A stretch of DNA of 64,000 bases from Camelus dromedarius (taxonomy: Eukaryota), in the NCBI RefSeq assembly GCF_036321535.1, contig NC_087436.1, positions 37,016,001 to 37,080,000 on the forward strand, given 5' to 3'. This document shows positions 1 through 40,793 of the stretch, one piece after another. Each line of letters opens with the position of its first letter. Within the stretch, counting starts at the first letter, position 1. A model generated the notes under the pieces. It was not told where the DNA came from, did no database searches, and saw only the letters and a list, made by a program, of their open reading frames with translations. Made by a program: the position numbers and the translations under genes.

Positions 1-171
1 ATAATTTCTTAGTAGACTAATAGGATTGTTTTAATAGCTGCAAAATAAATATAGTATTCCTATAAATTGACATTTTATCAAAATAAATCAACAGATTTTT
101 GACTGTCATTTATTGTATTCAGTCTGCTAAATCAACACTTCTCAAACTTTTGGTCTCAAGACTCTTTTACA

Positions 172-1429
172 TTTTTTTTTTAAAGATCAGTTTATTTATT
201 TATTTATTTAATTTTTAAAATTGAAGTATAGTTGGTGTACAATATTATATAAGTGGAAGTTAGATAATATTATATAAGGTAAAATATAGCAATTCACAAT
301 TTTTAAGGTTATACTCCATTTATAGTTATTATAAAATATGGTCTATATTCCCTATGTTCTACAGTGTATCATAGTAGCTTATTTTATGCATAATAGTTTG
401 TACCTCTTAATCGCCTGCTTCCATATTGCCCCTCCCACTTTCCCTCTCCATACTGGTAACCACTAGTTTGTTCTCTATATCTGTGAGTCTCCTTTTTTGT
501 TATATTCATTAGTTTGTTTTATTTTTTATGGTTTTTTTTTTCACTTAGCATAATACCCTCTAAGTCTATCCATGTTGTTGCAGATGGCAAATATCATTCT
601 TTTTTCTGGCTGAGTTGTATTCCATTGTGTGTATACCACATCTTCTTTATACATTCATTTGTTGATGGACACTTAGGTTGCTTCCATATCTTGGCAATTG
701 TAAATAATGCTGCTATGAACATTGGGGTGCATGTATCTTTTTGAATTTGCATTTTTGTTTCTTTTGGATATTTACCCAGGAGTGGAATTGCTGGATTGTA
801 TGGTAGTTTTTTGAGAAACTTCTATACTGTTTTCCACAGTGGCTGCACAAATTTTCATTCCTACCAGCAGTGTACGAGGGTTCCCTATTCTCCACATTCT
901 TGTCAACATTTGTTATTTGTGCTCTTTTTGATGATAGTCATTCTGAGAGATGTGAGATGACATCCTATTGTGGTTTTAATTTACATTTTCCTAATGATTA
1001 GTGATGTTGAGCATCTTTTCATGTGCTATCGGCATTTTCTTCTTTGGAAAAATGTCTGTTCAGTTCTTCTGCCCATTTTTTTCATTGGGTTGTTTGCTTT
1101 TTTGATGAGTTCTATGAGCTATTTATATATTTTGGATATTAACCCCTATTGGTCATATCATTTGCAAATATTTTCTTCCATTCAATAGCTGGTCTTTTTG
1201 CCTTATTGATGGTTTCCTTTGCTGTGCAAAAACTCTTTCAGTTTGATTAGGTCCTATTTATTTACTTTTGCTTTTACTTCCTTTGCTTTTTAGGAGACAG
1301 AGCCAAATAAATACTGCTATGATTTACGTCAAAGAGTGTTCTGCCTATGTTTTCCTCTAGGAGTTTTATGGTATCTGGTCTTACGTTTAGGTCTTTAATC
1401 CATTTTGAGTTATTTTTGTATATGGTGTT
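172..1429 (-). mobile_element. LINE-1 3' portion (end of ORF2 plus 3' UTR), antisense
   Basis: T-rich tail on the left; typical antisense L1 text (gttgatggacacttaggttg, gctatgaacattggggtgcatg, tttccacagtggctgcac). Confidence 0.88.
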
Positions 1430-1769
1430 AAATTACTGAGGATCGTAGGTTATATCTATCAATGCTTACTATATTAAAATTAAAACCAAAAAATGTCTAA
1501 AATATTTACCATTTCATTAAAAAATAAACACATTGCATGTTTACATAAATAACATTTTAATGAAAAGTAACTATTTTCAAAAACAGAGAGAATTTAATGA
1601 GAATGGTTGCATTGTGTTACATTTTTGCAAATTTTTTATTCTGGCATTAAGCAGAGGCACTTGGCTTCTCATGTCTGTTTTCTACATTCAGCCTGTTTCT
1701 GTATGTTGTTTTGGTTGAAGTATATGAAGAAAATCCAGTTTACATAGATACGTAGTTGAAAATAGGGAG

Positions 1770-1831
1770 CACCAGAACTTAACACAACATTGTAAATCGA
1801 CTATAGTTCAATTAAAAGTATTTTTAAAAAA
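1770..1831 (+). mobile_element. Very short L1 3'-end insertion with target-site duplication
   Basis: AACACAACATTGTAAATCGACTAT plus A-rich tail, flanked by GAAAATAGGGAG (1758-1769) and GAAAATAGAGAG (1832-1843). Confidence 0.7.
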
Positions 1832-3011
1832 GAAAATAGAGAGGAGTATTTAAATAGCAATTCCATATAAATTTTGGCTCTTCATATTTGATACGACACC
1901 TGAGCTTGATAAGTAGTAGTTTCTTAAACATTAGTTTCTTAAACAATGTGGAATCTAAAACCGTATTGATTAGCTTTTTGTATTGTGGTATATTGAAATA
2001 CTTTTGGTCTGTTTGGTACTTTGAATGGATCTTTTAAAACCATACATGATTTATAGCATCCTGTAAATGTTGACATGTTTTATTATAGAACATCAAACAA
2101 ATCACATTTGTTGATATCACTACTAATCTCATCAGAAAAGTTGTTGAGTATCACATAGCTGTCAAGCTTATGGTGGCAGATACTGATTTTTACTTGAAAG
2201 CTCAACTTTTATCTTTGGAAACATATTCCTTTGAAATGAGAAGATCACTTCCTTCAGTTTAAAAAAAGTCTACCAAATACCCAAGTGTTAATAACAACTT
2301 GTTATTACTGGTTGTTAATCACTGTCTGTTGTACTTTCATTCTTAAAAATGGTGTTTCTTGAAAAAAAGTACACAGTTCAGCCTGTAACTCAAACAATCA
2401 CACAGGTGCTCTCCTGTACACAGCAAAGGTGCTTTGTGCATACTTTCTATTTTCTCGCACTAAATGTTAAAAAGAGATGTACTCAAGCATCAGAATTTAA
2501 TAAGATTAATAATTTTTATTGCTTCATTAAGGACATATTACATGAAACTAGATGGAATTTTTTTCTGTACTCTCAAATGGTGATGAAGATTACAGTGATT
2601 ATAGTTTGTCATTGCTTTGACTCTTGCCATATACTAGCAATTTTACCATTGCTTCTGCACCAGTATCACAAATATCAACCTAGGGAAAAAGGAAAATAAA
2701 GACTTACTTAGAATGGTTTTGACCTGAAAGATTCCCTAGAAGGTTCTTATTGACCCCAGGAGTCCAGGAACCACACTTTGGGAATCCCTGTAATAGATTA
2801 CTGTTTATTTACAAATTATTGGAGAAGTGTATTATCAAAAATTTCAAAACTTTAACTATTCCTATGTATTTTTCATCTGAAAAAAAAATTCTGGCAATAC
2901 TAAAGGTCTGTAAATCTTCTGAAAATATGTGCATAATTATTTACTAATGTTCATTGTTCTGGGAAGAAAGTCCCAGCTTTCATCAAATACATGAAGGGAT
3001 TTGTAATCCCC

Positions 3012-3107
3012 CACACATATATACATATTTACATATGTGTGTGTGTGTGTATATGTGTATTAGATACATATACATACTGTATACATAGTATACACACAAT
3101 GTATATA

Positions 3108-3138
<31 letters not shown>
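3012..3138. repeat. Compound (CA/TG/TA) microsatellite
   Basis: Alternating purine-pyrimidine runs visible in the sequence. Confidence 0.9.
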
Positions 3139-3139
<1 letters not shown>

Positions 3140-3741
3140 AGATCAAAGGTAATCGTTTTTCTAATCTATATCCTTATCTTTTGTTTGCTTGATTATCAAT
3201 TTCTGAGAGAGAGGTGTCAAAATCTCCCTCTGTATTTAATTCAAAATAATTCATTGGCCGCATGTTGATAATTATTGAAGCTGAGTGATAGGTGATGGAT
3301 ACATGGTAATTCATTATAATATTCTGTCTACTTTTGCATATGTTAAAATTTTTCCATAAAAAGGTTTTTAAAATATCAAGTAGGTCAGTCACAACATTAC
3401 TTTGATAATCTGTTTTGAAAGTTAATCTTAAAACGTTCTTATGCTCCAGTTAAAGGGGAAAAAAATGACCTCCTTTCCATTTCTGTCCTGATTCTTTTGC
3501 TCTGTTTAACCTGGAGGAACAGAACGGAAGGCCAGCTACTTCCATAACAGCTTTTCATAGCCGCCTTTTTGACCCTTTCTTATAATTCTTTGGAGGATTA
3601 TTTTTTTGTGGGGATATCTTTACTAGATTTTCTGATCTCTACTTTTAAAATCATAATTTACATATTGCAAATGTTGCTTTCCCCATATAAGTTATCAGGG
3701 CATAATAATTGTAATTTTAGATTTTATTAACTCTTTTACAG

Positions 3742-32745
<29,004 letters not shown>

Positions 32746-33027
32746 AATATAAACGAGGTAAAGTTCCAAAGAAGTTGTCTGTTTAAATGAGAAATGTTAA
32801 AACAGAATTACAGACTATCTTTACATTCTTTTATTTCATATGCTTTTTAATATCATCTAAAATATGTGAGATACAAGTTTTTTTAGTAATGCTTTTTTTT
32901 GACAAGTAGAACTTTTTAAAGATAAAGAGAATGTTTATTTTTAAAACAAAAGTGGAATGATTATAAGGAATTTTAATGAATTTTTTCAAGTGGATGTTTT
33001 AACTTTTAAATCAAATACTATTTAGAA

Positions 33028-33033
33028 AATAAA
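33028..33033 (+). terminator. Candidate BBS7 polyadenylation signal
   Basis: AATAAA about 280 nt after the BBS7 stop; usage cannot be shown from sequence. Confidence 0.45.
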
Positions 33034-34622
33034 AATATATTCAAATAATTAACAAGCTAACACACATATGTATAAACTGCTTTACAGTTTTCAGAATGTG
33101 TTTACAAATGTTATCTCATTTGATCTTCACAACACATATTTATGACTATTTTGTCAAATCATATAAGAGAACTGATTCTCAGTGGGTTGAGTGTTTGAGA
33201 GGATATGGTATTATTTTGTAAAGGTGGGACCCAAATCCTGATGCCTGGATTGTGTTCTGGTCACTATGTATGTTGTCAACCAGGAGAAATAACCTATAAA
33301 TTATTTCTTCTAGGAATTGAGGTTGATTTGCAGCTGATTTCACTCTTGCCTGGTAATGTTTTGTAACCCACGTTCAGTTTGTGAAATACTTGAGTTGGCT
33401 TAGTGCTATAAATTGTGGCCAGAGAAATCAGAATTTGCAGTTTGAGGGGATCTTAACTTGATGTGCTGTAACCAGTAGGGCTATACAAGTGTACTAAATG
33501 TATATAGTGCAGAAATAATGCTAGCTTCTTAGGTTTTCCTAAACTAGTATCCACTAATTTCCTTTTTATCATATACGGAGGGAAATAAGACATTAAGGCT
33601 ACAGAATTTTTGTTCATTAATCTTAATTCACATTCATTCATATTCAGGTGATTGTATTTAAAGGTTTTAAAAATAACATAAGGATTTTAATAGGAAATAA
33701 GCAATTTATGTTTTCAAGAAGGGCAGTCATGAATTTGTTGGAAAACAAGAATGCTGCTTAATTATATACCATTTTATTTGTTAGTTATGTGCAAACCTTG
33801 TACATTAAATGTGAAAATTTGTTAAAGGCACATATTGCTAAGAGTTTTATTTTAATAAGTCATATTAAATTAACTTAAAATTTAAATTGACTTAAAAATA
33901 AGTCATTTTTACTATATTTAAACAAAATTGAACACAATTATATCTAGGTCACTAGAATTTTACTTGGTGCTTTATTGTTGGCTGCCACAGCTTGGGGAAA
34001 AAAGTTCTATTTCTTGTAGTATCTTACTATCGGTTATACATATCAGCAGTAGTTGAAGGTGGCACCTTAAATTAATTGCATCTTCATTAGGAAAAATAAA
34101 AAAGCATAAGACTGTGAGGAAACACCTAAATGGTATGATGACATTATAGTCTCCCACTTGAGTATCAGTTACTCGAGCAGCGTGTTAAATGATTTACGCA
34201 CGGTATTTAATACTAACGACAACTGTGTAATGCGCAGATGTTATTACTCCTAATTAACATAAGAAAACCGAGAATTGGAGACATTGAATAATTTGAACAA
34301 GACCACCAGGCCAGTAAATGGCCGGATCAGTTTTAGACCTTGGGAAAATAGTCAAACTAATTGGAGGTCCTAGGATTGAAGGCCTGGGCAGCCCACTAAT
34401 AAATGCTAAAGTTTAATTCAGTTTATTCTAGAGACAGCCCTTGCCCTGAGACAGGAACCGCCTACTGGCTGTGTTAAAGTTACCGTAAACTTTGGCCCCG
34501 CCTCTCCGCCCGGCGCAGGCGGACTTCCTCCTGCCGCCGTTCGACATTTCTTCGCCGCGCTCCGCCCCTGCTCGGTTGCCTTCGCAGCCGCCTTCACTCG
34601 CCTGCGACCGCGTCGCCCCGAG

Positions 34623-34682
34623 TGACGTCACGGGTCTCGGCCCTTTTCATTGGTCCATTTCAATAGTCGCGGGATACTTGAA
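34623..34682 (+). promoter_or_regulatory. CCNA2 core cell-cycle promoter: CRE/ATF, inverted CCAAT (NF-Y), CDE and CHR
   Basis: TGACGTCA 34623-34630; ATTGG 34649-34653; CDE (T)CGCGG 34667-34672; CHR CTTGAA 34677-34682; this is the established cyclin A2 promoter architecture. Confidence 0.92.
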
Positions 34683-34932
34683 CTGCATGAACAGCCGCCG
34701 CTCCGGCGGGCTGCTCGCTTCATTTCGGGGGCGTCCTTGACTCTCCACGCCCGCAGTGCCTGCCTCCGCCTTTTGGAACCTCCTCGGCCCTACGCGATCC
34801 CAAGCAGGCGGGCAGGCTGGCCCGGGCTGTGGCTGACGGGTACGGCTGGAGTGTTCCTTGGCGGGGTCGGCGGAACGAAGTGCACGCTGCTTGGCGCCGC
34901 AGGCTGATCCCGCCGCGCCCCTGGGAGCAGTG

Positions 34933-35145
34933 ATGTTGGGCAGCTCCGCGCCCGGGCCTGCGGCCCGCGAGTCGGGCTCGGCGCTGCTAACATTGCAGCA
35001 GGCGGCGCTCCAGGAGGACCAGGAGAACATCAACCCCGAGAAAGCGGCGCCCGCCCAGCAGCCTCGGACCCGGGCTGGGCTGGCGGTATTGAAGGCTGGT
35101 AACTCGCGGGGTGCAGCGCCACAGCAGAGGCCTAAGACGCGACGG
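34933..35145 (+). CDS. CCNA2: CCNA2 exon 1 coding part
   Basis: ATG 34933 to ...KTRR|gtaaag (213 nt); includes QENINPE and the D-box. Confidence 0.96.
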
Positions 35146-38100
35146 GTAAAGAGATGAGCGATATCTGTCCGACGGTGGGCCGAGCGGGAATTTTGCGTGG
35201 ATTTAGCCGGCAGAGTGGCTAGAAAGCATTCGCTGGGCTTTTTGCGGGAGGCCAGGGTTTAGAGTCCCTTGACCCCTGGTTTTCTGGAGTGTGGGATGCC
35301 ACGTTACTCCCATTAGTTTCACCCACTACTCTCCCTGCCAGCACTATGCATTTATGCTGCCTGTTTGCTCTCTGTTGGGAGTATTTTTCTATAGATAATG
35401 GGGTCAAACCAAGCCCTGCAACGTGAGTGTGGTCTTTACCCGCCTCCGCGCCTTTCTCTCGACTTTTAAGCCCCAGGCACTGCCCGGACCTCCTTCATCC
35501 TCCCCATATAGTTAAGACATTATCTCTTATTTTGGGAAAGGGTATAAAAAATACTTTGCTTTTGGTCAATTCCGCCATCTTACCGGATTTGCTCTGTTGC
35601 TCCACCCTGGGGCGAGAGAGGTGAACCACTTTGTTGCCATTTCTTTCCTAAATTATGTCATCTTTCGGCCTGCCACTCCACCCATCTCGTGGCCTTGATT
35701 AATTTTGCATAATTCCACTTAGCATGACTCTAAAACCTTTCCAGGAATGCCTGTGACAAATTAGAACATCCCTTGTTTCTCCAACTACTCAAATTTCCTT
35801 GCCTGGATTTTGCCCCAGAAAGTTTAATTTTCCTGATAATGCATTTGGGAGTAAACTCAGAGGCTGAGACCGGTAAGGGGATAAAAGCAAAACCATTAAT
35901 AGGCTCAAAGCCAGTTATTTATTTTTTAGGTTGCACCTCTTAAGGATCTTCCTATAAATGATGAGCATGTCACTGTTCCTCCCTGGAAAGCAAACAGTAA
36001 ACAGCCTCCATTTACCATTCATGTGGATGAAGCAGAAGAGACTCAGAAGAGGCCAGCTGAATCTAAAAAACCAGAAAGTGAAGATGTCTTGGCGTTTAAT
36101 TCAGCTATTACTTTACCTGGACCAAGAAAACCACTGGTACCTCTTGATTACCCAATGGATGGTAGTTTTGGTAAGTTTACAGTATCTATATCAAATCAAT
36201 GTAGTTATAATTATTAAATAGATTGGATTAATTATATTCTGTCTTTTAAGACATTATTTTACCGGATCCTTTCTACATTGTTAGGTTTAATGTATCAACT
36301 TTAGAAAGGGTGTGACTTATCTCAGACCTCACAGCTAATATGAGACCTAGTGACCTACAAAAGGATCCTAATCTGGTCCTTTTGGTACACTGCTAATCAC
36401 ATCAATTTCATCCCAGAATTAGATCTCACTCACTTTAATCTGACCCTGGAAATGTATGCTTGGTTGGGAGAATATATTTACTTTTATTCTTAAGACTCAT
36501 TTTGTACATTACCACTTCAGAAAGTGCTATTTGAGGATGCAGCTTTGTGACAGCCAACATCTCTTACAGCTTTAAAATTTTGTTTCTGTAAAACCAGTCT
36601 AAGTAATCCTCTGATACCAGAGGAGGCCATTGTCCTGTGAGTTAGTAGTTGAACCATGAATGTTTGCATTTAACCACATGTAATATAGAGTAGCTGCTGC
36701 AAACGACTCTGCCTACAGTTTATGCTGCTTCTTTGCCATCAGGCTATTGAGTCACTGGACAGTTCATGAAATCCATTCTCAGTTTAGTTCTATTGATGAG
36801 GGGTGGTCTGGGAGGAGCAGGGAAGTCCTTTGGAAATAAAATAATTTTGTGTATTTTTATTTAAAATTTGCAACAGATTTTAACCTGAAAGTAAACCCTG
36901 AAGTAAGAATAATGGGTGATATTCTTTGCCTCTAAAAATAATTTAAATTTACAAAAAAAAGAATCACCCATTGATTGTAGTGTTAATATGTGTGAACATA
37001 TAACAAATCTAATTTTCTCTTTTAACACATTTGTTAGCACTGCTTCTAGTTATTGCCTAGACTGTGCTTTGAGTATGTCAGACTTTGGGGTTCTGCAAAC
37101 TCTTGTGACAAATCCTTGATATCTCAAAACTTGGATTTTAGCTTTGTCCTAACAGAACTGTATTCCTGTCATGGGAGATGAATGATACTTTAAAATAATA
37201 CCTGCTCCTCAAACTCATTTTCCTGTTAATGGCCTATCAGTATTTTTTCTTTTTAATTAAAATTATTCCAAAGCTAAGTGAACAGAGGTACTAAAATCAG
37301 AATGAAATCTTCTATGTACTTTGTCATAAAAAGATTTTAGCTGGATAAAATAAATACTTTGGTAGTATGGGCCTCTTTACAAGGGCAATCACTTTTAGCT
37401 ATTCAGTTTAACTATTAAATTTAACTTCGCTATTAAGTAGAAAATTGAAAGTGAACTTCATTGTACTTTTGAATTCTCCCAGAGTCACCACATACTATGG
37501 ACATGTCAATTGTACTGGAAGATGAAAAGCCAGTGAGTGTTAATGAAGTACCAGACTACCACGAGGACATTCACACATACCTTAGGGAAATGGAGGTAAA
37601 GGCTCTCTGAATCCACTTCATACTTTATTCACTCTGTTGAAGTGAAATTGAGAGGATAATGTTTTCAAGTTTTTAACTGCCTGTGGAGTACTCTTATGCT
37701 ATACTTATGTTTGTAGCATGTAGCATCTGTTAATGGCAGAATAATCTAATTGCAATTTTAACACTATACTAAGTAACTTTCTCAACAGGTTAAATGTAAG
37801 CCTAAAGTGGGTTACATGAAGAAACAGCCAGACATTACTAACAGTATGAGGGCTATCCTCGTGGACTGGTTAGTTGAAGTAGGAGAAGAATATAAACTAC
37901 AGAATGAGACCCTGCATTTGGCTGTGAACTACATTGACAGGTTTCTTTCATCGATGTCTGTGTTGAGAGGAAAACTTCAGCTTGTGGGCACTGCTGCTAT
38001 GCTGTTAGCCTCGTAAGTCCAACTTGGTTTGTTGGATTAAAAGTGGTTAGTAGTACTGTTTGTGTAGGGGAGAAATTGTGGTTTTTAAAGTGCGATTTTT

Positions 38101-40531
38101 AACATACTACACAAGGCAGAGAGTCAGCAACTATTTTAGGGGTGGTGTGGATGAAACTTTTAAAATTTAGGACATTACTGGATTTCGGGGTACCTTCTTG
38201 AGTGAACCTGGAGACTGGTGACATTTTATTAATACACTGGGACTGCATTACAAAGTGTGGTTCCTTCCATTGTAAAGTACTTTCTAGCATATAAGCAAAA
38301 TCTCATCTTTTCATCAAGGCATGAAAACTAAAATATAAAGCATTTATTTTTCTGAGAAAATAACCTGAATTTTCAGTTATTTGAACTCTGGTATTGTTCC
38401 CATCTTGGGAAGTCTTGTGCCTCTCATTTATTTCTTTTGACTGCAGTGGAGAAATATTTGGGTCTTCTAATTAGCATTTACCCAATCTCCGCTAGAAATG
38501 GCCAAGTATCAGTGAAAACAGGCAACTGGTTCAGGGTATAGGTTTTGGGTTCATCCCATTTATTTTGCTTAAGGGATTTCAAGGGGGATAAACAAATTGC
38601 TTTTCCTTTAGATGGACTGATTACTTAAAATTTCTTCCACTGTAGAAAGTTTGAAGAAATATACCCGCCAGAAGTAGCAGAATTTGTATACATTACCGAT
38701 GACACTTATACCAAGAAACAAGTTCTGAGAATGGAGCACCTAGTTTTGAAAGTCCTTGCTTTTGACTTAGCTGCACCAACAATAAATCAGTTTCTTACCC
38801 AGTACTTTCTACACCAGCAGTCTGCAAACTGCAAAGTTGAAAGTTTAGCAATGGTAAGTTCTTTTCATTTTGTTGAATGAAGATCTAAGGTCATAACTAG
38901 GGGCAAGCCCTAGTTTCATTATACAGCCTTAGTCAAGGGATTTAGTATTCTGGGCACAGATGAGTGCTGCAGTATGGAAGACAGCCTATCATTGGCAAGA
39001 GAAATATAAATTGTGAAAACACTAGAAGTAGTGGTATGAGGATGCAGTCTTGGGAAATGGTAGCCAAAAGAGTTGTTTTTAGAGCTATTACAAGGAAAAA
39101 TACAGGATGAGAATGAAACAAAGCACTAAGATAGTGGATATATTTAAAGATGTGGCTATGGAGATTTCTTACTATGGTTGCTATAGAGCTAATCTTAAGA
39201 CAAAAAAAGGGGTCAGAAGGCAAGAACCTGAGGTTTGAATTCCACAGCTCTTATGATTACAAAGTATATGTACTCTTTCATTCCAGTTTTTGGGAGAGTT
39301 AAGTTTGATAGATGCTGACCCATATCTGAAGTATTTGCCATCAGTCATCGCTGGAGCAGCCTTTCACTTAGCACTCTACACAGTCACGGGACAAAGCTGG
39401 GTATGTACAACGACGTCTTTACACGCTACCTCGTGACTTGTCACTTAAATGCTTGTGCCACACAAGTTAAATAATCACCCGATACAACTGATGGTTGTCT
39501 GGATGTACTGACCTGGAAAAGTTGTTCAACCATCCACACTGTTTAAAGCGTCTTAGTCTTACTTGTTTAATAGTATCTGTTTGTTAGGTAGAAAGCTTAT
39601 TACTTGGATGTGAAAGGTGTGCTCAAAGAATTTGGGCCATGAGACCTGCTGCTGGCAGGGAAAATAGTAAAAACTGATCAAAATCAGCAAAAGAGATGGA
39701 CTAATAGCTTGAGAAAATTGGAAGATCTGTTAGTTGGATTTGTTAGTACTGAAGTTTAACAAAACTCAAGCTTAATGCCAACTACTACCTTGTTGCGTTT
39801 ATTGTCTGTTACTAAAAACAAACTCAATGGCTTTCTACTCCCTCCTGTAGCCTGAATCATTAGTACAAAAGACTGGATATACGCTGGAAACTCTTAAGCC
39901 TTGTCTCATGGACCTTCACCAGACCTACCTCAAAGCACCACAGCATGCACAACAGTCGATAAGAGAAAAGTACAAAAATCCAAAGTAAGAATTAACATGA
40001 ATAGATATTAAAGAAGCTTGCTTTTCCAGGCTATCATATGGTTCAGAGATCGTTGACATTTGAACTTAATTATTAAGGGAGTGACAGATCAGGCACAGCC
40101 TCCTTAAGCTGTTCTCTTAGCAGGCCAGGTGTTTTGAGTAGGCTGTAGTTAATGCTTTCTGTCCTGTTTTGTTTTGAGTGGGGGATTAGGTTTGTTTATT
40201 TATATGTATTTATTTCAGTGGAGGTACTAGGGATTGAACCCAGGACCTTGTGCATGCTAAGCAGGCACTCTACCCCTGAGCTATACCCTACCCCCTTCCT
40301 GTCCTTGGAGGAGGGAAAAGGAACGGGGTGCCCATACATGTTTGGGCTACCAGACAATGATTTTATAATTCTTAACTCAAGTAGACAGAAATAGCATTTC
40401 TGAGTTTCTGGTATGTTTCATTTCATGATCCGATTGACCCAATGAATGTTTACTAAATGTGGATTTTTTTCCCCACTTACAGGTATCATGGTGTTTCTCT
40501 CCTCAACCCACCAGAGACACTAAATGTGTAA
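34933..40531 (+). CDS. CCNA2: Cyclin A2, complete spliced CDS (8 exons, 1296 nt, 431 aa)
   Basis: MLGSSAPG start, D-box-like [11 protein letters not shown], cyclin box [19 protein letters not shown]-terminus [10 protein letters not shown]; exon phases join in frame. Confidence 0.99.
35930..36170 (+). CDS. CCNA2: CCNA2 exon 2
   Basis: tttag|GTT...TTTG|gtaagt; VAPLKDL...[10 protein letters not shown] (241 nt). Confidence 0.96.
37483..37595 (+). CDS. CCNA2: CCNA2 exon 3
   Basis: cccag|AGT...GAG|gtaaag; SPHTMDMS...[16 protein letters not shown] (113 nt). Confidence 0.96.
37789..38012 (+). CDS. CCNA2: CCNA2 exon 4
   Basis: aacag|GTT...CCTC|gtaagt; [10 protein letters not shown]...MRAIL...AAMLLA (224 nt). 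Confidence 0.97.
38646..38853 (+). CDS. CCNA2: CCNA2 exon 5
   Basis: tgtag|AAAG...ATG|gtaagt; [21 protein letters not shown]...ESLAM (208 nt). Confidence 0.97.
39287..39400 (+). CDS. CCNA2: CCNA2 exon 6
   Basis: tccag|TTT...TGG|gtatgt; [19 protein letters not shown]...TGQSW (114 nt). Confidence 0.97.
39851..39984 (+). CDS. CCNA2: CCNA2 exon 7
   Basis: tgtag|CCT...CAAA|gtaaga; [23 protein letters not shown]...[11 protein letters not shown] (134 nt). Confidence 0.97.
40179..40295 (-). mobile_element. tRNA-derived SINE (camelid Vic-1-like) in CCNA2 intron 7
   Basis: Minus strand reads GGGTATAGCTCAGGGGTAGAG (A box) ... GGGTTCAATCCC (B box) followed by an A-rich tail. Confidence 0.85.
40483..40531 (+). 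CDS. CCNA2: CCNA2 exon 8 coding part
   Basis: tacag|GTAT...; [15 protein letters not shown], stop TAA 40529-40531. Confidence 0.96.
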
Positions 40532-40787
40532 CAGTGAAAGACTGCCTTTGTTTTCTAAGATGTAAATCACTCAAAGTATATGGTGTACAGATTTTATCTT
40601 AGGTTTTAATTTTACAATCATTTCTGAATACAGAACTTATGGTCAAGTACAAATTATGGTATCTATTACTTCTTAAATGGTTTTAATTTGTATATCTTTT
40701 GTACATGTAAGTATCTTAGATATTTGGCTAATTTTAAGTGGTTTTGTTAAAGTATTAATGATGCCAGCTGTCAGGATAATAAGAATT

Positions 40788-40793
40788 AATAAA
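40788..40793 (+). terminator. Proximal CCNA2 polyadenylation signal (candidate)
   Basis: AATAAA about 260 nt after the stop, followed by a U/GU-rich stretch. Confidence 0.65.

Larger units (their letters stand above)
133..2790. mobile_element. hAT-Charlie DNA transposon relic (Charlie1-like), interrupted by L1 insertions
   Basis: Ends CAACACTTCTCAAAC...GGTCTCAAGAC and CCACACTTTGGGAATCCCTG resemble Charlie1 termini as I recall them; element sequence resumes at about 1430. Confidence 0.7.
34480..35210. promoter_or_regulatory. CpG island over CCNA2 promoter and exon 1
   Basis: Abrupt GC- and CpG-rich stretch in an AT-rich background; GC box CCGCCC at 34506-34511. Confidence 0.9.

Noticed and set aside
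514..2947. Several 60-116-aa ORFs at the window start
   Set aside because: They lie almost entirely within degraded L1 and Charlie repeats
34647..35033. 128-aa minus-strand ORF and other overlapping ORFs at the CCNA2 5' end
   Set aside because: Stop-poor CpG island sequence antisense to a known exon, with no recognisable domain
40225..40292. tRNA gene
   Set aside because: A and B boxes are present, but it carries a SINE tail and has a related diverged copy at 8504-8627, so it is a SINE
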